The notes under the pieces: model-generated
What the model was told of the DNA's origin: nothing
Seen by the model: the letters and a program-made list of their open reading frames with translations, nothing else
The model's database searches: none
Assembly: GCF_009914755.1 (NCBI RefSeq)
Contig: NC_060936.1
DNA length: 64,000 nucleotides
From: the human T2T-CHM13v2.0 reference genome, Homo sapiens
Reading direction: 5' to 3' (one strand)
Position numbers and translations under genes: made by a program
Shown: positions 1-15,201 of the stretch, piece after piece
Layout of the letters: the number at the start of each line of letters is the position of its first letter
Position numbering within the stretch: position 1 is the first letter of the stretch

Positions 1-138
<138 letters not shown>

Positions 139-1080
139 TTAAAAACATCATTTCTGGTTAATTCAAGATCTGTAACTTGTTTTAGTCTATTAACTTTATC
201 ATAGTTCTTTCAAGAGACATTTGATTGGTAGAGGAATGGATCAACACAGCAAAATGGTCTAACATTATCCAAAGGTCTAGTTAAAAATTATCTATTTAAA
301 AGAAAAACAGAAGCAAATAAGTTCTTTAAAGTTTAAATTCACAGTTATGAGGAACACTGGCAATATTTGGAAACTACAGGGTTGTCTTACTTTGTGCCTA
401 AATACAATAAAACTACCTTTTGTTTTGTTTTGAATTAATAAGCTAATTTATGCTAATTACATAAAAAGAGACATTTTTTCTCAATTGTATAAAAATTTGA
501 AGTTTTATAAAGATGGAAATTTTTTGTTTGCTCTTTAGTTTAAGATAATTATTGTCTAATACAGAGCTCACAAATTTTATTTTGATCTTTTGCAAAGAGC
601 CAGCTTCATACAATGGAGCATAGTAGCTTTATTACAAAAGCAAATGCTACGCATTTTATGGTTTGAGCATTATATTCATAAATAGTGACATTTGTTTCAT
701 ATGCTTATCTCTAACCTCATTCCAAAAAAATCACTTGAGACAGCTTATATGAATAATAAACCAAAATAGGCAAATTACAAATGAGTAATTTTTTCAGAAA
801 CAGGGAACCATAGAAATAGAAACTTAAAACTTGGGGAAGAGTTTGAACATAAAGAAGAGTACACAGTGGCCAAAGATAAGCCACAAATTGGCCCTACCTG
901 TCTTGGTGTCCCAATGAAAAAGGGAAGCAAGATTAGTTCTTTAAGACAAATGATCTACAAGGAACAAACATATCTGTTCCTCAGGGCAAATAAAGCTTTG
1001 TTTCCTGCTAATTCAATTGTTTATATTAGTATAATATAATATTACTATATTAGTATACTTTTTTTGAAATAACTCTATTT

Positions 1081-1100
1081 TGTGTGTGTGTGTGTGTGTG
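1081..1100. repeat. (TG)10 microsatellite
   Basis: Direct reading. Confidence 0.95.
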
Positions 1101-1560
1101 ACTTTTGTTCTATCACAAAACCCAAGCGTGGTGACTTAAAATAACAAACACTTATTATTTCTCTCTATTCCATGGATTGACTGGGAGGTTCTTTTGGTCT
1201 GCGCTGGTTTGGCTGGGGCTGGATGGTCTAGGATGGTCTCACTGGGAATTCTGAAAGTAGTGGACCCTATGTCTGCATGCTCTGTCATCCTCCAGAAGGC
1301 TAATCCAGGCTGCTTCACATGGTGGCAGGAAGGTTCTGGGTAGCAAGAGAGAGCAAACTCCAATAAGCAAGCACTTTCCAAGTCTCTGCTTATATCATAT
1401 TTGCCAATGTCCTCTTGGCCAAAGTAAGGCACATGGCCAACACAGATTCAAGGAATGGAGAAAGACATTGTCCCTCTTGATGGCAAGCATTGCAAAGTCA
1501 CATTACAAAGGGACATGAATGGAGAGAGGAAAAGAATTTTTGTGGCTGTTTTTGCAAACA
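1101..1560 (-). mobile_element. MaLR MLT1-family LTR (old subfamily, F/G/H-like)
   Basis: GGTGACTTAAAATAACAAACACTTATT, CTTCACATGGTGGCAG, TTGGCCAAAGTAAGGCACATGGCCAA and GCAAAGTCACATT are typical antisense MLT1 blocks. Confidence 0.75.
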
Positions 1561-1660
1561 ATCTGGCATAATTGGGAAGATTGGGAAACAATCTTTCTCT
1601 TCAGCATGCCCCATTGATCATTAAGGCTGAGCCTAGGCCTGGAATAGAGAAGAAGGACAT

Positions 1661-2460
1661 TGTGTCAGCTATCAACTTGTTGCCTCTCGCCTGTAAATGC
1701 GCTCTTCTGTATATATGTTTTGTGATAACCAGTGAAATTCCTTTAAGCATTTCTTCTGAAAGTGAGCAGGATGGTAAGCTTTCTCAGCAGAGGGCACTGG
1801 AAGGACGCTGCATGGGACAGAGGATTCCTGCAATTTCTACCAGGCCTGGAGGTCAGCAGTGTGTGTATAAGGACACTCCATAGATCCTGTACTAACCACA
1901 GGTCTAGAACACACTCACTCTGTGACTTTGCCTTCTTGGCCTGGTAATAATTTTTCCTCAGCCCTCTTTATATGGAAACCAGAAACTTAACACAATCCAC
2001 AAAAAACTGCATAGGGGGCCTAGAGAGTCACAGACTGAGCTGTTATTTCTTCTGCAAGCAACCACTCCTCTCACCACCCTGTGCAGCCAATACACTCTGA
2101 AAGCCTCTGCCCCTGTCCCTCCAGCACCCGGACTCCCACTGTGCACCCATGTTTCTGGTTGCTGATAGTCTGCTCCGCTTTCCACAGCATTGCCTGGTGT
2201 TTGCCCAGCAACTCTAGACCAGCTCTGGCCTGGCTAAGACAGCAAGCTTTTCTGCCAGGCAAGCACAGAAGCACACGTTCTCCAGTGAAGTCTGAACCCC
2301 TTCCAAGTTTGTCGTTCTTTGGGTAGTCTCCCTCAGCACTAGGGTATCATACAGAGTTTTCTTTTATGGTTATTTAATCATAGATACTAATTCTTACATT
2401 TAATTTCCTGTTTAACCTACTGTGTGGTTTCCATCTCCTGACTGGACCAGACTGCTATCG
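1661..2460 (+). mobile_element. ERVL solo LTR, LTR41-like
   Basis: Starts TGTGTCAGCTAT, contains GTAAGCTTTCTCAGCAGAGGGCACTGGAAGGAC, ends CTACTGTGTGGTTTCCATCTCCTGACTGGACC; resembles the LTR41 consensus as recalled. Confidence 0.6.
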
Positions 2461-2477
2461 ACATGATATAGAGAAAA

Positions 2478-2682
2478 CAATAAGAATGACACAATGGATT
2501 CTGGGGACTCAGGGGGAAAGGATGGAAAAGGGGTGAGGGATAAATGACCACAAATGGGGTGCAGTGTATACTGCTCGGGTGATGGGTGCAGCAAGGTCTC
2601 ACAAATCACCGCTAAAGAACTTACTCATGTAACCAAACACTACCTGTTCCCCCAATAATCTATGGAAATAATTTTTTAAAAA
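2478..2682 (+). mobile_element. L1 3' end (L1PB-like)
   Basis: GTATACTGCTCGGGTGATGGGTGC...TCACAAATCACCGCTAAAGAACTTACTCATGTAACCAAACAC is the L1PB 3' UTR terminus. Confidence 0.85.
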
Positions 2683-2684
2683 GG

Positions 2685-3232
2685 ATTCAATTAGGCTGTG
2701 AGTTACAGAAAAAACAAAAATAACAGTGGTTTAAACAAGATGAAAATTTTTTCTCTTTCATATAAAAAGAAGTATAAAGTTGATCCCTCCAGGACTAATA
2801 GGACAGCTCTGTCTGTATTGCTAGGCTCTGTCTATGTGGTTGCTCTGCTGTGCTCTACAAGTGGCTTTTACCTTAAAATTGCTGCTTACACATCAGCCAT
2901 CATATCCACATTCTAGCAAGACACAGGAGGAGAAGGTGAAATGCACATCCTCTTAGTGATTCTTAGTGAATCTCAGGTCTTTTATGAAAACTGTTAAAAA
3001 AAAAAAAAAAAGAATCTCTTGTGGTTGGATCTAGGGTTGTGAGGCTAATGAGTGCAACCTCCTTGCCATGATGGGAGAAAGCCTGTCTGAGAATGGAACC
3101 AACCCAGAAGAAGCAGTGCTCTTAAACCCAGGGAAAAAAACACGGTTCTTGTGACATCATTTCATCCCCTGCCTCAAACTATAGCCAAAGCCAAGAAGTA
3201 CTCTTGGATTTTTAAAATTACATGAGTGATTA
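2685..3232. mobile_element. Degraded MLT1 LTR fragments
   Basis: AATAACAGTGGTTTAAACAAGA and GGAGAAAGCCTGTCTGAGAATGGAACCAAC blocks; highly diverged. Confidence 0.5.
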
Positions 3233-3247
3233 TAAATTTAGGCCTTG

Positions 3248-3682
3248 ACACAGAAAGACAAACATCACATGTTCTCATTTATTTCTGGGATCTAAAAATT
3301 GAAACAATTGAAGTCATGCAGATAGAAAATAGAAGGATGGTTACCAGAGGCTCAGAAGGGTAGTAAGGCGGAAGCGATGGTGGGGAGGTGGGGATGGTTA
3401 ATGGGTACCAAAAAAATAGTTAGAAAGAATGAATACGACCAGTATTTGATAGCACACTAGGAGGACTATAGTCAATAATAATTGTACATTTAAAAATAAC
3501 TAGAAGAGTATAATTGGATTGTTTGTAACATAAAGGATAAATGCTTGAGGGGATGGTTAGATACCCAATTTTCCATGATGTGATTATTAAGCCTTGCATG
3601 CATGTACCAAAATAACGGAGGTACCCTATAAACATATACACCTACTACGTACCCACACAAATTAAAAATAATTTTTTTTTAA
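3248..3682 (+). mobile_element. L1MA 3' end (L1MA1-3-like)
   Basis: CAGAAAGACAAACATCACATGTTCTCA...GGATGGTTACCAGAGGC...GTAACATAAAGGATAAATGCTTGAGG...GTACCCACACAAATTAAAAAT. Confidence 0.9.
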
Positions 3683-3939
3683 AGAGAGAAAACAGACAAG
3701 CTGGAGACTGCCTTCATTCCTCCTGGTGAACAAGTGGGCAAATCAGATACATAGAAAGGCAAGGGAGGAAGAAGGGAAATGGAGGTAAAGGGAGGTGATC
3801 ATTTCTTTTCTCCTTTTTCCAAGGGCAAAAACCAGGGGACAGGTTTGGGCCATCAATCTGCTTGGTCGATATGAATAATTGGAACTCTCATACAATATTG
3901 TCGAGTGTGTCATGGCAAAAACTCCTGGACAAAAGTCTG

Positions 3940-5215
<1,276 letters not shown>

Positions 5216-5644
5216 AAATGCTCAGTTAGGTATGGGGTGCTACAGAGCACTCATTCTAAGAGCATGCTTTCCCCTGCTACTTGGGGGAAGGCTGCGGGTC
5301 ATTAGGACAAGAGACTTGCACAGCGGTTTCGGCATGATATAAGTTTTGGGTGTTCACTAGCCCCAGGAAATGGGTAGATAGAGTGCTCTAAGGCAGTGCT
5401 CCTGGAGCATCATGCTTTGAGTGTGATGTTCTTGTCATACAGAATTTTTCAGTGCCCCAGGATGGAGACATGGAGGTGCTGAAGTTGCTTGTGAATGACA
5501 GAGATCTGGGGTCAGGCTGAAGAGGCCATCATGAGTGGCAATGAAACTGGGAGCAAAAGGCTAAGGCTTAGAACAAAAGGCCCCAGCAGTGGGTGTTAGC
5601 ATGATGTTCAAGAGCTAAGGATCAAGCAGTTCTCAGGGGTCACT

Positions 5645-7150
<1,506 letters not shown>

Positions 7151-7564
7151 CGGGGAGCAGAGTGCAACCTTGCCCAGCCACTCTGCAACAGATCAAGAAG
7201 GATCCATCCTGGGGACACAGTGTGTATCCACGACATTTCATGTAAAATACTCCCTCTCTCAGTTCTCCATATCCAGTCACCCTTTGGAAGGAGCATGACA
7301 ATGTTGAAAAGATGATATACCAAAACCCAGTGTTTAGTGAAAGGGACTGCTTAAATCATTTTATTAGATTAGCTTTACCTGTCTGATTAAAGTTTCCACC
7401 TAGCAAGAGGGAGCTCAGAGGAAAGGATGATGTATTGAAAAAAATAAAATTAAATAAATAAGTAATGGGGCTACATTTTCTTTGCACATGTGCATGTGTG
7501 ATAAGTAATTAAGTAACCTCACCCCATTAATAGTCACACTCTGAAAAGTCTATAGCTACTTTGA

Positions 7565-8244
<680 letters not shown>

Positions 8245-8249
8245 TGAGT

Positions 8250-8378
8250 TCTCTACTTCTTATTAGCCAATCGCTTCTTACTACAATCCCCTGCTACAGT
8301 TAATACTTCTTTTTGTTAACATTTTCCTGTTAAAATTACTGTATAACTTTGATCTCCTGATTGGACCAAGACTCATGT
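8250..8378 (+). mobile_element. LTR41-like 3' terminal fragment
   Basis: TTTTCCTGTTAAAATTACTGTATAACTTTGATCTCCTGATTGGACCAAGACT resembles 2403-2455 in this window. Confidence 0.5.
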
Positions 8379-8604
8379 GGTGTCCCCCCAAAACCCTCCA
8401 GATTCATAGTGATTTCCCCAGAGGCCATGGCTGAGCTACAGACTGCACTCCTTTTCCTTTCCTTCAGTCCAACCACTTGATTTTAGTGGGGGCCATCCAC
8501 TGTGGTTCCCAACCTCCTCGTGATTAGTTCATAGAGAAAGTATCAGCCCAAAGCTGTCCAGTCTTTCCTGTGTGTGTGTTTTTTTTTTTTTTTTTGAAAC
8601 GAGC

Positions 8605-8765
8605 TGGTGTGATGGAAACATTCTATATTAAGGTTGCAAAAAAAAAAGAAGGTTGCAGTAGTGGTTATGCATGGATGTATAAATTTGTCAATGCTGACTG
8701 AAATGTATACTTATAATGGGTGCATTTTAAGCGCTCTATATCTCAATATAGTTACTTTAAAAACA
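8605..8765 (+). mobile_element. L1ME-like 3' fragment
   Basis: GTGATGGAAACATTCTATAT...GTAGTGGTTATGCATGGATGTATAAATTTGTCAA...GGGTGCATTTTA. Confidence 0.6.
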
Positions 8766-9224
8766 GAACAAAACCTTGTGCTCTGGGGTTGAAACTAAGG
8801 ATACAAACTGCCTGGGGCAGCCAGCCTTGTGGGGAAGGCCAGACTGAGAGAAGGAAGCTGAGATACACAGAGGTAAAGATGAGGGCAAGTTTGTGGGCTC
8901 TGGTCTCTGGTTCCTTTTGTATTCCAAGAGTGGATTTACCCCTTTCTTTTCTGCTATTTGTTCTTCTGTTCTAATACATTCTCTTTTTGCATAAACTAGC
9001 TCAATTCAAGTTTCCGTTGCTTGTAACAGAAACTAAAAATATCTAATACAGAAAGAAAAGGTCATTGCAGGCTGAGCTAATTAAGGTGAGCAGACTTTAT
9101 TTCGGAGCTGGATTTTATAGGGTGCACAGAGCAAAGGCAGAAAGGCCCCGTAGGTAACAATGTTAAGAAAGCACAGTGGAGAATAAGGATAAATTTGGCA
9201 TTTGTGGGGTTAGGCAGATTATAG

Positions 9225-9410
9225 CAGTTCAGAGGAGGGACTTTGAAATCAGATGGATTTGGGTTTAACTCTTAGCTTTGCTTTTTTGCAAACCAGCATC
9301 CTGGTAATTAGAGACAACCCAAGGTCTCTGAGTGTCAGATAGTTGTCGCAAGGTTTAAATGAGATTAAGTATTTAAACCATCAAAATGACTAGCATAGTA
9401 ATAAAAATGA
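9225..9410 (+). mobile_element. MIR fragment
   Basis: GGACTTTGAAATCAGATGGATTTGGGTTTAACTCTTAGCTTTG...GTCGCAAGGTTTAAATGAGAT. Confidence 0.65.
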
Positions 9411-9517
9411 TAGTGAAAATAATAGTGGTACTTATTCATGCTTTTGATGATTGGGAAATAATACTTTAAAAATACAAATATTTAATTACAAAATAATAAT
9501 TGGTAAAATTGTCCTCA

Positions 9518-9712
9518 ATGCCCTGGGAAAATTCTTAACCAAATTGCAATCACTTAGAAAAGAAGTAGGTGATTCCTGAGATCAGTAAGGGCTCACCAAG
9601 AACAGGTCATGCCAAATTCACTTCCTATCCCTTTTGTTAGTTTTATAAAACAGAGGGAATAGGGGGATGCTATTGACATGGTCTGTCCATTTTAGAAAGG
9701 CACAGGATAAGG
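9518..9712 (+). mobile_element. L3/CR1 LINE reverse-transcriptase fossil, sense segment
   Basis: Decayed match to the CR1 RT stretch PGKIL...HLEK...SQHGFTKNRSCQ...GNAVD-VYLDFSKAFDK (e.g. ACCAAGAACAGGTCATGCCAA reads TKNRSCQ). Confidence 0.75.
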
Positions 9713-9719
9713 AGATCGT

Positions 9720-11000
9720 ATAGCTTGACTTGGATATTTTCAGTCAGGAGAACCTCCCCTTTTTTACGGAGTATCCCAGGTTTCTTGTCAGCTACATCCA
9801 ACGTTTAGAAAGCCTTTCCTTATCTGGACCTGAAATTTCTATACTGGTGTTTTAGTTCTACTATTTGGAAGTGCACAAAAAAAGATTGGTTCTTCTTTCT
9901 TTTAGTACTTGAAGTTTAAGTTTCCTCTTCGTCTTCCTTCAGATATTTTCTCCTCTGTTATCTCAATCCTCAGTTCCTCACATTGCTGTTCATTTAAAAT
10001 AATTTCTAAACATGTCTAGTGTCTTCCCTTCTGTCTTGGTCTGTTCTCATGCTGCTAATAAAGACATACCCCAGACTAGGTAATTTATAAAGGAAAAAGG
10101 TTTAATTGACTTACAGTTCCACATGGCTTGGGAGGCTTCACAATCATGGTGAAAGACGAAGGAAGAGCAAAGGGAATGGGATATCTTACACGGTGGTAGG
10201 CAAAGAGAGAGCTTGTGCAGGGGAATTTCCGTTTATAAAACCTCAGATCTGGTGAGACTTACTCACTATAACCAGAACAGTGTGGGATAGACCCACCCCC
10301 CTGATTCAATTACCTCCCACCGAGTCCCTCCCATGACATGTGGGAATTATGGGAGCTACAATTCAAGATGAGATTTGGGTGGGGACACAGCCAAACCATA
10401 TTACCTTCAGTGCTTTATTGTACCATGTCCCTCTTAGAATTGATAGTGATATTTCTGATGTTTTTTAGACCTATGCACATTACAGAAGGACTGACACCTG
10501 GGATGCAATAATATTTTCATCTTTTGTTTTCAATACTATGAACATTTTAAAGGAGCTATGTGACATTCTTAACTCATTTTGAACTTGAGAAAAACAAAAT
10601 TCAGCTACACCCTTTAAAATATACCTATTACTGTGCTATACCTATTGATTTTTTTAAAATCTAAAATGTAGGGTTTTACCATTATCCTTCTTATTAGTTT
10701 TAGCACAGTAACCTAACCTGTCAAAATCTTGATCCTGTCCTCTGTCATTTTAGCTATCTCTCCTGGCTTCATTTCATCCCCAAATTGGATTTGCATGATC
10801 CTACATTATAAGCCACTGACAGATGTGTTGAATAGGACAGAACCAAGTATGGAGCCCTGAAGCATGTCATGAAGACTTCCTTTTGCATTGACTTCGTTTT
10901 ACTAATTGGTCCTCTTTCAGTAAAAGGTTTCAACCAGCTAAAAATTTTTCTTATTTGCACTCTGGTCATCTTCTCATGTGGCTGTCAAGAAATACTTTGA
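9720..11000 (-). mobile_element. L3/CR1 LINE fossil, antisense segment, interrupted by THE1B
   Basis: ORF 10769..10969 IRKIFSWLKPFTERGPISKTKSMQKEV resembles CR1 VRWI-SWL--RTQRV-ING--S-W-EV; GTTGAATAGGACAGAACCAAGTATGGAGCCCTG is the antisense of the QGS-LGPVLFN motif. Confidence 0.72.
10032..10403 (-). mobile_element. THE1B-like MaLR solo LTR
   Basis: GCTGCTAATAAAGACATACCC...GATGAGATTTGGGTGGGGACACAGCCAAACCATA; perfect 5-bp TSD CCTTC (10027-10031 / 10404-10408). Confidence 0.93.
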
Positions 11001-11027
11001 AGTTATAAGAAGAACCTAGATTCTAGA

Positions 11028-11911
11028 TGTATTAGTCAGGGTTCTCCAGAGAAACAGAAGCAACAGGATGGGTGTTTTGTGTGTGTGTGTGTGGTGTGTG
11101 TGTGTGTGTGTGTGTAGAGAGAGAGCGAGAGAGAGAGTTTTTTTTGTTTTGTGTTGTTTTGTTTTTATTGGTTTATGTGATTGAGGAGGCTTGGTAAGTC
11201 CAAAATCTGGGGTAGATGGGCAGGCTTGAGATTCAGTAAAGAGTTGCAGGTTGAGTCCAAAGGCCACCTACTGGCAGAATTCCTTCTTGCTGGGGGGAGA
11301 TCAGTCTTTATTCTATTCAGGCTTTCAACTCACTGGATGACTGAGCCCCCCAACTAACCACCTCCCCCATTATGCAGGATAATCTGCTTTACTGAAAGTC
11401 CACTGATTTATATGTTTAACACATACCTCCCCCCCGCAAAAAAAACCCCATAAACATCCAGAAGAGTGTTTGATAGAATATCTGGGCACTGAGGCTGTTA
11501 TGGACTGAATGTATGTGTCCCCCTCAAAATTCGTATGTTAAAATTCTAACCCCCAAGCTAATGGTATTTGGAGGTAGGGCCTTTGGGAAATAATCAGGTT
11601 TAGATACGGTCATGAGATAAGGCCCCATGATGGAATTAGTGTCTATATAAGAAGATTGAAGTGACAAATCTGTACTTCCTCACCTCACTGTATGAGGACA
11701 CAATGAGAAGGCAGCTGTCTGCAAGCCAGGATGAGAGCCCTCACCAGAGGGAAGCATAGGAGGACTCTGATCTTGGACTTCCCAACCTGTAGAACTGCGA
11801 GAAATAAATTTCTGTTGTTTAAGCCACTCAGTGTGTGGTATTTTCTTATGGTGGCCCAGGCTAACTAAGATAGCGGCCCAGCTAAGTTGACACATAGCAT
11901 TAATCATTGCA
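11028..11911 (-). mobile_element. MLT2 (ERVL) LTR with internal (TG)n(AG)n microsatellite, split by MLT1A
   Basis: TGTATTAGTCAGGGTTCTCCAGAGAAACAGAA start and GGCCCAGCTAAGTTGACACATAGCATTAATCATTGCA end. Confidence 0.85.
11496..11872 (+). mobile_element. MLT1A/MLT1A0-like MaLR LTR nested in MLT2
   Basis: TGTTATGGACTGAATGTATGTGTCCCCCTCAAAATTCGTATGTT...AATAAATTTCTGTTGTTTAAGCCACTCAG...CTAACTAAGATA; TSD GAGGC / GCGGC. Confidence 0.88.
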
Positions 11912-12184
11912 CTGAGGTTAGACACATCCGGCCTGCCATGAAGAATTGTTCAGGCTGTAATCTTCACAAAGGCACTCTGCTGAGGAGTGGGTGGGCACTG
12001 CACAATAGTCAGTGTGCCATGTACCCAGCCATGCACTTTGGACTAGGGCAACATCTACTTGCAGGAAAGGGACACTTTGTTTAAATTAGTACATAGACAT
12101 AGTCTATGCGCCAAGCCACGTACACTCGGCCACATTTGTCTAATTTGCACAAAGCCTTAGTATAGGCAAGTTTTGGTCTCACAT

Positions 12185-12368
12185 CTAGCTTCTAATTCTG
12201 ACTCAGCTTCTTAGTAGCTATATGACCTTGGGCAAAGTCATTCATTTCTATGAAGCCAATTTTCCTCATCTGTAAAATGGGTATATGTACCTGGTTCTGA
12301 GATTTAGATCAAATGAATTAACATGTATGAAATCCCTGGCTGGCCTAGTGTCTGGCACATAGTAGTGG
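12185..12368 (+). mobile_element. MIR
   Basis: TGACCTTGGGCAAAGTCATT...TTTCCTCATCTGTAAAATGGG core, then TGTCTGGCACATAGTAG. Confidence 0.88.
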
Positions 12369-13755
12369 AAATGGTAGTCAGGGTGATGATGTGGTACGTT
12401 TTTCTGATCTACAACCTAGTATTCCCTTCAGAAATAATCCGTTAGCATGTTCTTAATTGCAAATTTTCTTCCTTTCTTGGCTTAACTGTGGATTGCACTT
12501 AGAAACCTTGGCTGATCTGGATGACCACAAGGGCTGCTTTCCAAATGTTTAAAAAGCAAGAGATTGAGATATTGAAATTATTTGTCTGGCTTAGGCAAGG
12601 ACAGTCAGAGTCAGGGGACAGTGAGACAGGCCTATGAGTTCCTATTGCCCGGAGCACACAGCTGGCAAGTCTAATTTTAAGTCCTTGCTGAAGTCCCTTT
12701 TGATGCTCATAAATGCAGAATATCCTATTTTATCAAAACAGTGAATTCTAGAGAGACAGTAAACAGATGACATCCATGCAGCCCTCCCAAGCAGAACAGA
12801 ACACACGGTCACTAATAATGTTTGTAAATAAATGAATAAATTGTACAGAGAAATGCAGGATTGGGAATGGATAAAGCATAGAATTTTTTTTCCTCTTAAT
12901 TAAAAGGACTTGGCTGACTTAAAACACCAAAGCTTAGTTTGCCTTTGTGAAGGAAGGATTTGGAATCAAGTGTTAAATCTCTGCTGGTAATTCCATGGCT
13001 GCTTGAAGTCTCAAATACATCATGTTTTTTAGTTTGACACCTCACTCCAAAAAAGAGAAAATGCTTAGTATAAATCAATTGTAAATGGCTATAAAATGGG
13101 AAAACCTCTTACATGGCTTGATTTTTTATAAAAGTCACAGTTTGGAAAGTATCTGAGAATGTGATTCCTTTATAGAGGATGTCCCTATTCCAACAGATTC
13201 TGTTCCAGATGAATTTTAAAATTTTCCTAACAGAGCATGTCAGCATCCTTACCATCCTTCTTCTTGTCCCTCTCTTCCTCTTCTCTACAGAAAAGCAGAA
13301 TTGACAGTGACAGTCGTGTCTGTGTACACCTGGCAGAAAGAAAACCAGAGGCTCATAAAACGATGAAGGCTGTTTTCTTTTCAATAATTCCTCTGTATGC
13401 TTAGCTTTCTCCCCCTCCACCTGTAGCCAGGTCTTCCTGGGTATATGAAGGAAGGAAGGATGGTAGGAAAGAGAGAGAGAAAGAGTGGGAAAGAGAAAGG
13501 GGAAAAGGAACAGAAGAGAAAGAGATTAGTGGTAGACCTAATGGCAGGATAAAAGGGAAAGAGGAGGATGGGTTCCCTGGCCTTTTGCTGGTGTCTATTG
13601 AGCAGGTCTGATTCTGTGATAATGTATCAAGGGGTAGAAATAACTTTGTGCTTTGGATGAAATTTCTGCTTCTGTTGCTTTAATTGGCCCTTAGCTCCTG
13701 AGGCTCTCCATTGAGTCAATTCCTTCTAAGCCATAGATAATAGAATTACAGCCTC

Positions 13756-13800
13756 AAACCAAACCAAACCAAACCAAACCAAACCAAACCAAACCAAACA
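13756..13800. repeat. (AAACC)8 pentanucleotide microsatellite
   Basis: Direct reading. Confidence 0.95.
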
Positions 13801-13804
13801 AAAA

Positions 13805-13930
13805 CCCTTTGATGTTGTCCAGTTCATTTTGTGGAGAAAAGGACAAAGGCCTTGTTAGGGATGACTCAGCCAAGGTCATTCAGCCAGCTGTGGCTGCAGC
13901 TGCACTAGACTCCATTTCCAGAAATCAGTG
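13805..13930 (-). mobile_element. MIR-family fragment
   Basis: TCATTTTGTGGAGAAAA...GATGACTCAGCCAAGGTCATTCAGCCAG resembles antisense MIR core. Confidence 0.5.
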
Positions 13931-15201
13931 AAGAGCTTTTGCTTTTGTCACTGCTGATGCAAAGGCTCTGCACGCAGCTCACCGTTCCCATGATCTCTAG
14001 TTTGATGTCACTTTGAACTTTCCTGAAAATATGACAAATGCCAATTGGCTTGTACATTAATTTACTTTTCTTATGTCTTTCCAGGAGGCTGAGGAAACAG
14101 GCAGTCATATTAATTCTAAATACCTTGGTGTAGCATAAAAAGTTCTCCACTATCATCATCCTCTGCAGTCCTCCCGGGACTCATGCCTCAGTGACGCTGA
14201 TCCACCCTCTGTTCCTTGCAAACATTCAGTACTAACTTTGCGTCCTTGTACAAACCACATCTACTGCCTGAAAAACTATAACAATGGCAACAATGGGCAT
14301 TTATTAATTACATACTTATCAGAAAGGATTGATTTGTAAATCACTAGAATTAATCACCGAATGAGTTTGAACATTGGTATACTGACTTACCATGCAGGGA
14401 TATTAAGAAACCACAGCACAGTTATCCATTGCTTCTGGGACTGAAGGAAATATTTAATTGTGTCACCCAGAGAATATCATCTTATATTAAGCGAGGCTCA
14501 GACAGGAAAAAAAAAAAAAAACATTCTAGGTATTTCTAGCAGGAAGGGCTTTACAATAGAGGACTGGAGGCATATAAAACCATTGATGAACCAGATGCAT
14601 TCTGAAAGGTCAGAAAAAAGCTCTGCTAGCTTTCAAGTTCCCTCTGAAGTTCACAGGATGTCATGACTGCCTGGAACACCAAATTACGTGATTTTCAGAG
14701 ACCACTGCAAAACTTTTCATTCACAGGCTAAAGCTCATACAGTTGTCTGCCTCTTCTGGAAGATCACTAATATCACCTTGTTTCTCTTCTACCTTCTGCA
14801 TATCATGGGAATTCCTTTTATTGGTGCAATATAATCTGGAAACATGTTGATAAGGACTTCTTGTAAATGTAGTTTCCAGGCCTTTAGCCTATGAGATATA
14901 GGGGAGAGTATAGAGTATGGTGCCATATTGTCAACAGACTATCAGGCACAGATGGCATTTATGTTTCTTCATATTGTGGTGAGAGAAATGAGAAGAAAAT
15001 CCTTTTTTTAGGGCTTCCATTTCCATTCTAAGTAGGCAGTGACTTTTCTTGTCTAAAGAAGTTTAAACTTCCTCCTCTCATCACCATAGCATGCAAATGA
15101 ATACTGACTGTAAAGAAAATAAAGGTACAACGACATTGTAAACACACACAAAAAACAAATGTTCTAAGGGCTGCAGTCATTTTCAGGTTAATAATCAAGG
15201 T

